This document shows positions 1-1,689 of a stretch of 1,689 nucleotides of DNA, one piece after another. Source of the stretch: Naegleria gruberi (taxonomy: Eukaryota); NCBI GenBank assembly GCA_000004985.1, contig GG739346.1. One strand, 5' to 3'. The notes beneath the pieces were generated by a model that saw only the letters and a list, made by a program, of their open reading frames with translations, had not been told where the DNA came from and did not search any database. How positions within the stretch are numbered: the first letter of the stretch is position 1; every line of letters begins with the position of its first letter. Position numbers and translations under genes: made by a program.

Positions 1-18
1 GGGTAAATGTAAGAATAG

Positions 19-189
19 AATCATTCCAACATTAGAACTCCACTCTCTCCATTAGATACAATTATCATTTTCAGAGTTGTTTATGATTCATTGAGTAAGG
101 CCAAGTTATTGGACAAGGAAAAATTACAAACTCGTTTAGAGAGTATTTTATTACTTCTTTCTCGTTGGCTTCAAAAGAATGGTGCCACT
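19..189 (+). CDS. Met-less frame-1 open segment of 57 codons upstream of the kinase core. It may be an upstream exon or part of a longer recoded ORF. It shows faint alphaE-like similarity to the kinase segment downstream.
   Basis: Translation is NHSNIRTPLSPLDTIIIFRVVYDSLSKAKLLDKEKLQTRLESILLLLSRWLQKNGAT, with no ATG and a protein-like composition. ESILLLLSRWLQKNG loosely parallels QLIDLLKDIHSKGF further downstream. Under TAA/TAG=Gln the frame is TGA-free from 1 to 396. Confidence 0.2.
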
Positions 190-265
190 TAATTGGATAA
201 GAGAAGTATGACTAAATTTGTTGAAGAGTGTCTAAAAGGTACTGATTATGCTAAGAAACTACTAG

Positions 266-801
266 CATGTTTCAACCAGTTCTTTATCAAATAAGTTTAT
301 ACAAATCCAACTTCCCAAAAGGAGGGAGTGTTTTCAATTAATAGATCTTTTAAAAGATATTCATTCAAAAGGATTTTGTCACAGAGATATTAGACCTGAT
401 AATGTTATGCGGACTGATGATGGTAAATTGATATTAATTGATTGGGGTTTTGCATGTGCAATTAATGAGACAACTTTTTTTGCTGGTATTATTTCTTTTT
501 GTGCTGATGATTATTAAGGTTGCGTTTTGGATCAAAATACTTTCATAAGACCGTACAAGAAAGAGTATGATTGTGAATCAATGCTAAAAATTTTTTGTTT
601 TTGGTTTGATGAAGATAAAATAGAAATATTATCAGTGAACAGATTAAAGCTAGAAATTTTTGGACTAATTTTAATAAGTTGAATTTCCAATCAATTTTAA
701 AACAAATTCATACCAAAAATTCTGATCCTTATGAAGTTCTTAAATCATTTTTACTAAAAACAATATTGATTAAAATAAGTTGGAATGTTGCTGGATAATA
801 G
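266..801 (+). CDS. Casein-kinase-1-superfamily-like protein kinase catalytic domain. The gene is disrupted or recoded: frame 2 runs 266-679 with an in-frame TAA at 515-517, and frame 1 runs 619-795 ending TAA-TAG at 796-801. It is either a pseudogene, a gene needing TAA-as-sense translation, or a gene with small introns.
   Basis: In frame 2 the motifs IHSKGFC-HRD-IRPDN (HRD at 380-388) and LILI-DWG-FA (DWG at 440-448) lie 20 residues apart, as for catalytic loop and DFG in ePKs. IHSKGFCHRDIRPDNVM closely resembles CK1 [18 protein letters not shown]. The same frame continues after the TAA into an alphaF-like DCESMLKIFCFW (CK1 DDLESLGYVLMYF), 43 residues after DWG versus about 46 in CK1. Frame 1 then gives KQIHTKNSDPYEVLKSF (CK1 ...EKKMSTPIEVLCKGYP). 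Frame 2 has no ATG between 266 and 407 and no TGA in 212-679. Confidence 0.55.
329..514 (+). CDS. Best-supported core of the kinase domain: alphaE through the catalytic loop, DWG and activation segment, as a standard-code ORF segment ending at TAA 515-517.
   Basis: Direct translation gives CFQLIDLLKDIHSKGFCHRDIRPDNVMRTDDGKLILIDWGFACAINETTFFAGIISFCADDY. The HRDxxxxN and D[FW]G spacing and context are canonical for the eukaryotic protein kinase fold. Confidence 0.7.
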
Positions 802-1014
802 GAAATTTGAATCAATAACATCCTTAATGACATTTAGATTATCAGCCAAAAGGCATTCTGTTTTACTTATTACACTTCCCCTAAAATCATCATCTAGACC
901 TTGGATTAATCCATGTTTGACATCAAAATAAAACTCCAAGTCTTCACAAATGAAGAAATTATTCAAATCTTCAAGTGTTGGGATATATTGAACTGGTTCT
1001 GGAGTGTCTTCTCT
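754..1014 (-). CDS. Hypothetical protein fragment or exon. It is an open frame without an ATG, and the ORF-track start is a TTG.
   Basis: The 86-codon open frame reads REDTPEPVQYIPTLEDLNNFFICEDLEFYFDVKHGLIQGLDDDFRGSVISKTECLLADNLNVIKDVIDSNFLLSSNIPTYFNQYCF. It is bounded by TAG-TAA doublets in frame at both ends (rc of 1015-1020 and rc of 751-756). Its composition is acidic/hydrophobic and protein-like. There is no recognisable family signature. With TGA as the only stop it would extend to 745-1095. Confidence 0.3.
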   Translation of the reverse strand, partial: REDTPEPVQYIPTLEDLNNFFICEDLEFYFDVKHGLIQGLDDDFRGSVISKTECLLADNLNVIKDVIDSNFLLSSNIPTYFNQYCF

Positions 1015-1052
1015 TTACTAATTCACCAAAATTTCCTCTATTGCTAGCTCCG

Positions 1053-1072
1053 ATAGCTTTGTATAGCTTTGT
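1053..1072. repeat. Perfect tandem duplication of a 10-bp unit (ATAGCTTTGT x2).
   Basis: Read directly: atagctttgt at 1053-1062 and again at 1063-1072. It lies in the spacer between the minus-strand ORF (5' end about 1014) and the start of the 1174 ORF. Confidence 0.9.
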
Positions 1073-1173
1073 TTTATCAATAGTACATCTTCAATTCACG
1101 AAATTTTGATAAAAGTTGTGAATCTTTCTTAAAGCAGTTTATTCTGTCTCGTCTCTTTTTAAATTGTAATAAA

Positions 1174-1452
1174 ATGTGTGCCATGGTACTCTATTCAAAG
1201 AAAGCGCTGAGCAAGAAGTATTATAGAATCAAACGTAAAGAACTAAAAGAGAGGAAAGAAAAAAAGTTACAACAAGAATTAGTTGAAGCACAGAGCATGG
1301 TTGTGAATAATGCATCTGAAGCAGCCAAAAAAAGGTTAGCTGAAATTTGTAGATGGGCAGACGATGATACTGTGGATGTAGAAAAAAAACAAAAGTTGCG
1401 AGAGGTTTATAAACAATTATCAGCATCTAGAGCAAATAACACATTCGAATAA
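1174..1452 (+). CDS. Small 92-aa Lys/Glu-rich protein predicted to form a coiled coil.
   Basis: ATG at 1174 sits in an A-rich context (taataaaATG), and a second in-frame ATG at 1186 sits in gccATGg. The ORF is the longest standard-code ORF in the window. It reads KRKELKERKEKKLQQELVEAQ...KKRLAEICRWADDDTVDVEKKQKLREVYKQL, a run of charged heptad-like repeats. It stops at TAA at 1450-1452, with TAATAA at 1511-1516 and AATAAA at 1514-1519. The 5 TGAs inside 1174-1452 are all off-frame. Confidence 0.5.
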   Translation: MCAMVLYSKKALSKKYYRIKRKELKERKEKKLQQELVEAQSMVVNNASEAAKKRLAEICRWADDDTVDVEKKQKLREVYKQLSASRANNTFE

Positions 1453-1479
1453 TGCGTTCAACTTTGCAAAGCAATTCTC

Positions 1480-1495
1480 TTGTTGTTGTTGTGTG
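1480..1495. repeat. Short microsatellite (TTG)4 followed by TGTG, in the region downstream of the 1174-1452 ORF.
   Basis: Read directly: ttgttgttgttg at 1480-1491, followed by tgtg at 1492-1495. Confidence 0.8.
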
Positions 1496-1513
1496 CAATA
1501 AGTTGGTGTAAAT

Positions 1514-1519
1514 AATAAA
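1514..1519 (+). promoter_or_regulatory. AATAAA hexamer, a candidate polyadenylation signal for the 1174-1452 gene.
   Basis: The aataaa lies within gtaaataataaagc, 62 nt after the TAA stop. The sequence becomes T-rich and non-coding after it. AATAAA is frequent by chance in AT-rich DNA, so this is weak evidence. Confidence 0.25.
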
Positions 1520-1689
1520 GCTACTGCACGACCCAATCTAGTTTTGTTTTTAATTTTGATTGTTTAGAGAAGTTCAGATAAAATTCTTGACTTCTCAATA
1601 ACGATGTTTGTACTCAAGTCGGTTAGTGTTTTCTCAAAAATAATTAGCGATTAATTTGAAAAATATATTTGTATTGTTTTGTTTTGAAT

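Noticed and set aside
1-20. TAAATG at 4-9, resembling a poxvirus late-promoter or initiator element. Separately, the giant-virus AAAATTGA octamer on the minus strand at 691-698.
   Set aside because: The ATG at 7-9 is followed immediately by TAA. The AAAATTGA element sits downstream of the minus-strand ORF rather than upstream of it. Neither fits a functional promoter position.
105-146. Frame-3 peptide QVIGQGKITNSFREY that resembles a glycine-rich kinase loop (IGxGxFG) at a plausible distance upstream of HRD.
   Set aside because: It fits only a GxG pattern, not GxGxxG. It lacks the following VAIK/Lys and Glu landmarks. It lies in a third frame that has TGAs on either side (84-86, 209-211). 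It is too weak to call.
317-330. Strong Shine-Dalgarno-like AAGGAGG (aaaaggagggagtg) that could mark a bacterial start.
   Set aside because: The only potential start after it is GTG at 328-330, just 2 nt away. It opens a 21-codon frame with no protein-like content. The motif lies inside the kinase reading frame, where it encodes K-R-R-E. I treat it as coincidental purine-rich coding sequence.
1444-1450. TTCGAAT, reminiscent of the tRNA T-loop GGTTCGAATCC.
   Set aside because: The flanks lack GG and CC, and no acceptor or anticodon stems can be formed. It overlaps the end of the 1174-1452 ORF.
673-1507. Recurrent ATAAGTTG(G/A) words at 674-683, 776-785 and 1498-1507, plus ATAAGTTTAT at 291-300, which might be a dispersed motif or a splice-donor-like consensus.
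   Set aside because: They are 8-10-mers in AT-rich DNA, and about one chance 10-mer repeat is expected in 1.7 kb. They are not consistently placed relative to frame changes, so I cannot call them donors or binding sites.
1567-1596. Small hairpin GAGAAGT, 16-nt loop, ACTTCTC, downstream of the 1174-1452 ORF, possibly terminator-like.
   Set aside because: The stem is only 7 bp and AT-rich. The loop is long and there is no following T-run typical of intrinsic terminators. In a eukaryotic context it has no clear role.
1674-1689. TTGTTTTGTTTTG at the window end, considered as a telomere-like G/T repeat.
   Set aside because: It does not match G4T2, G4T4 or TTAGGG-type units. It is just a T-rich stretch with single Gs.

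Overview
This is an AT-rich window of roughly 30-35% GC whose organisation looks eukaryotic rather than prokaryotic. The start codon at 1174 has no Shine-Dalgarno sequence upstream; the one AAGGAGG-like sequence at 319-325 has no usable start after it. There is an A-rich ATG context, an AATAAA downstream of one ORF, and a eukaryotic-type protein kinase domain. In the standard code the sequence breaks into short ORFs without Met starts. Three coding signals can be supported. (1) On the + strand, about 266-801, there is a casein-kinase-1-superfamily-like catalytic domain: ...DLLKDIHSKGFCHRDIRPDNVM...KLILIDWGFA...YDCESMLKIFCFW... then ...DPYEVLKSF.... It contains one in-frame TAA (515-517) inside the domain. 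Homology moves from frame 2 to frame 1 near 680. Frame 2 contains no TGA across 212-679 although 11 off-frame TGAs occur in that span. The gene is therefore either read in a code where TAA/TAG are sense and TGA is the only stop (ciliate-type), or it is a recently decayed kinase pseudogene, or it contains short introns. I cannot settle this from the window. (2) On the - strand, 754-1014, a Met-less open frame of about 86 codons has in-frame TAG-TAA pairs on both sides and converges on the 3' end of the kinase locus, overlapping it. (3) On the + strand, 1174-1452, a 92-aa Lys/Glu-rich protein predicted to form a coiled coil starts at aaaATGtgtgccATGg. It ends at TAA, with a further TAATAA about 60 nt downstream and AATAAA at 1514-1519. 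A perfect 10-bp tandem duplication (1053-1072) sits in the 80-160 bp spacer between features 2 and 3. A short (TTG)4 microsatellite lies at 1480-1491. I found no tRNA, rRNA, CRISPR array, integrase/transposase ORF or long inverted repeats.
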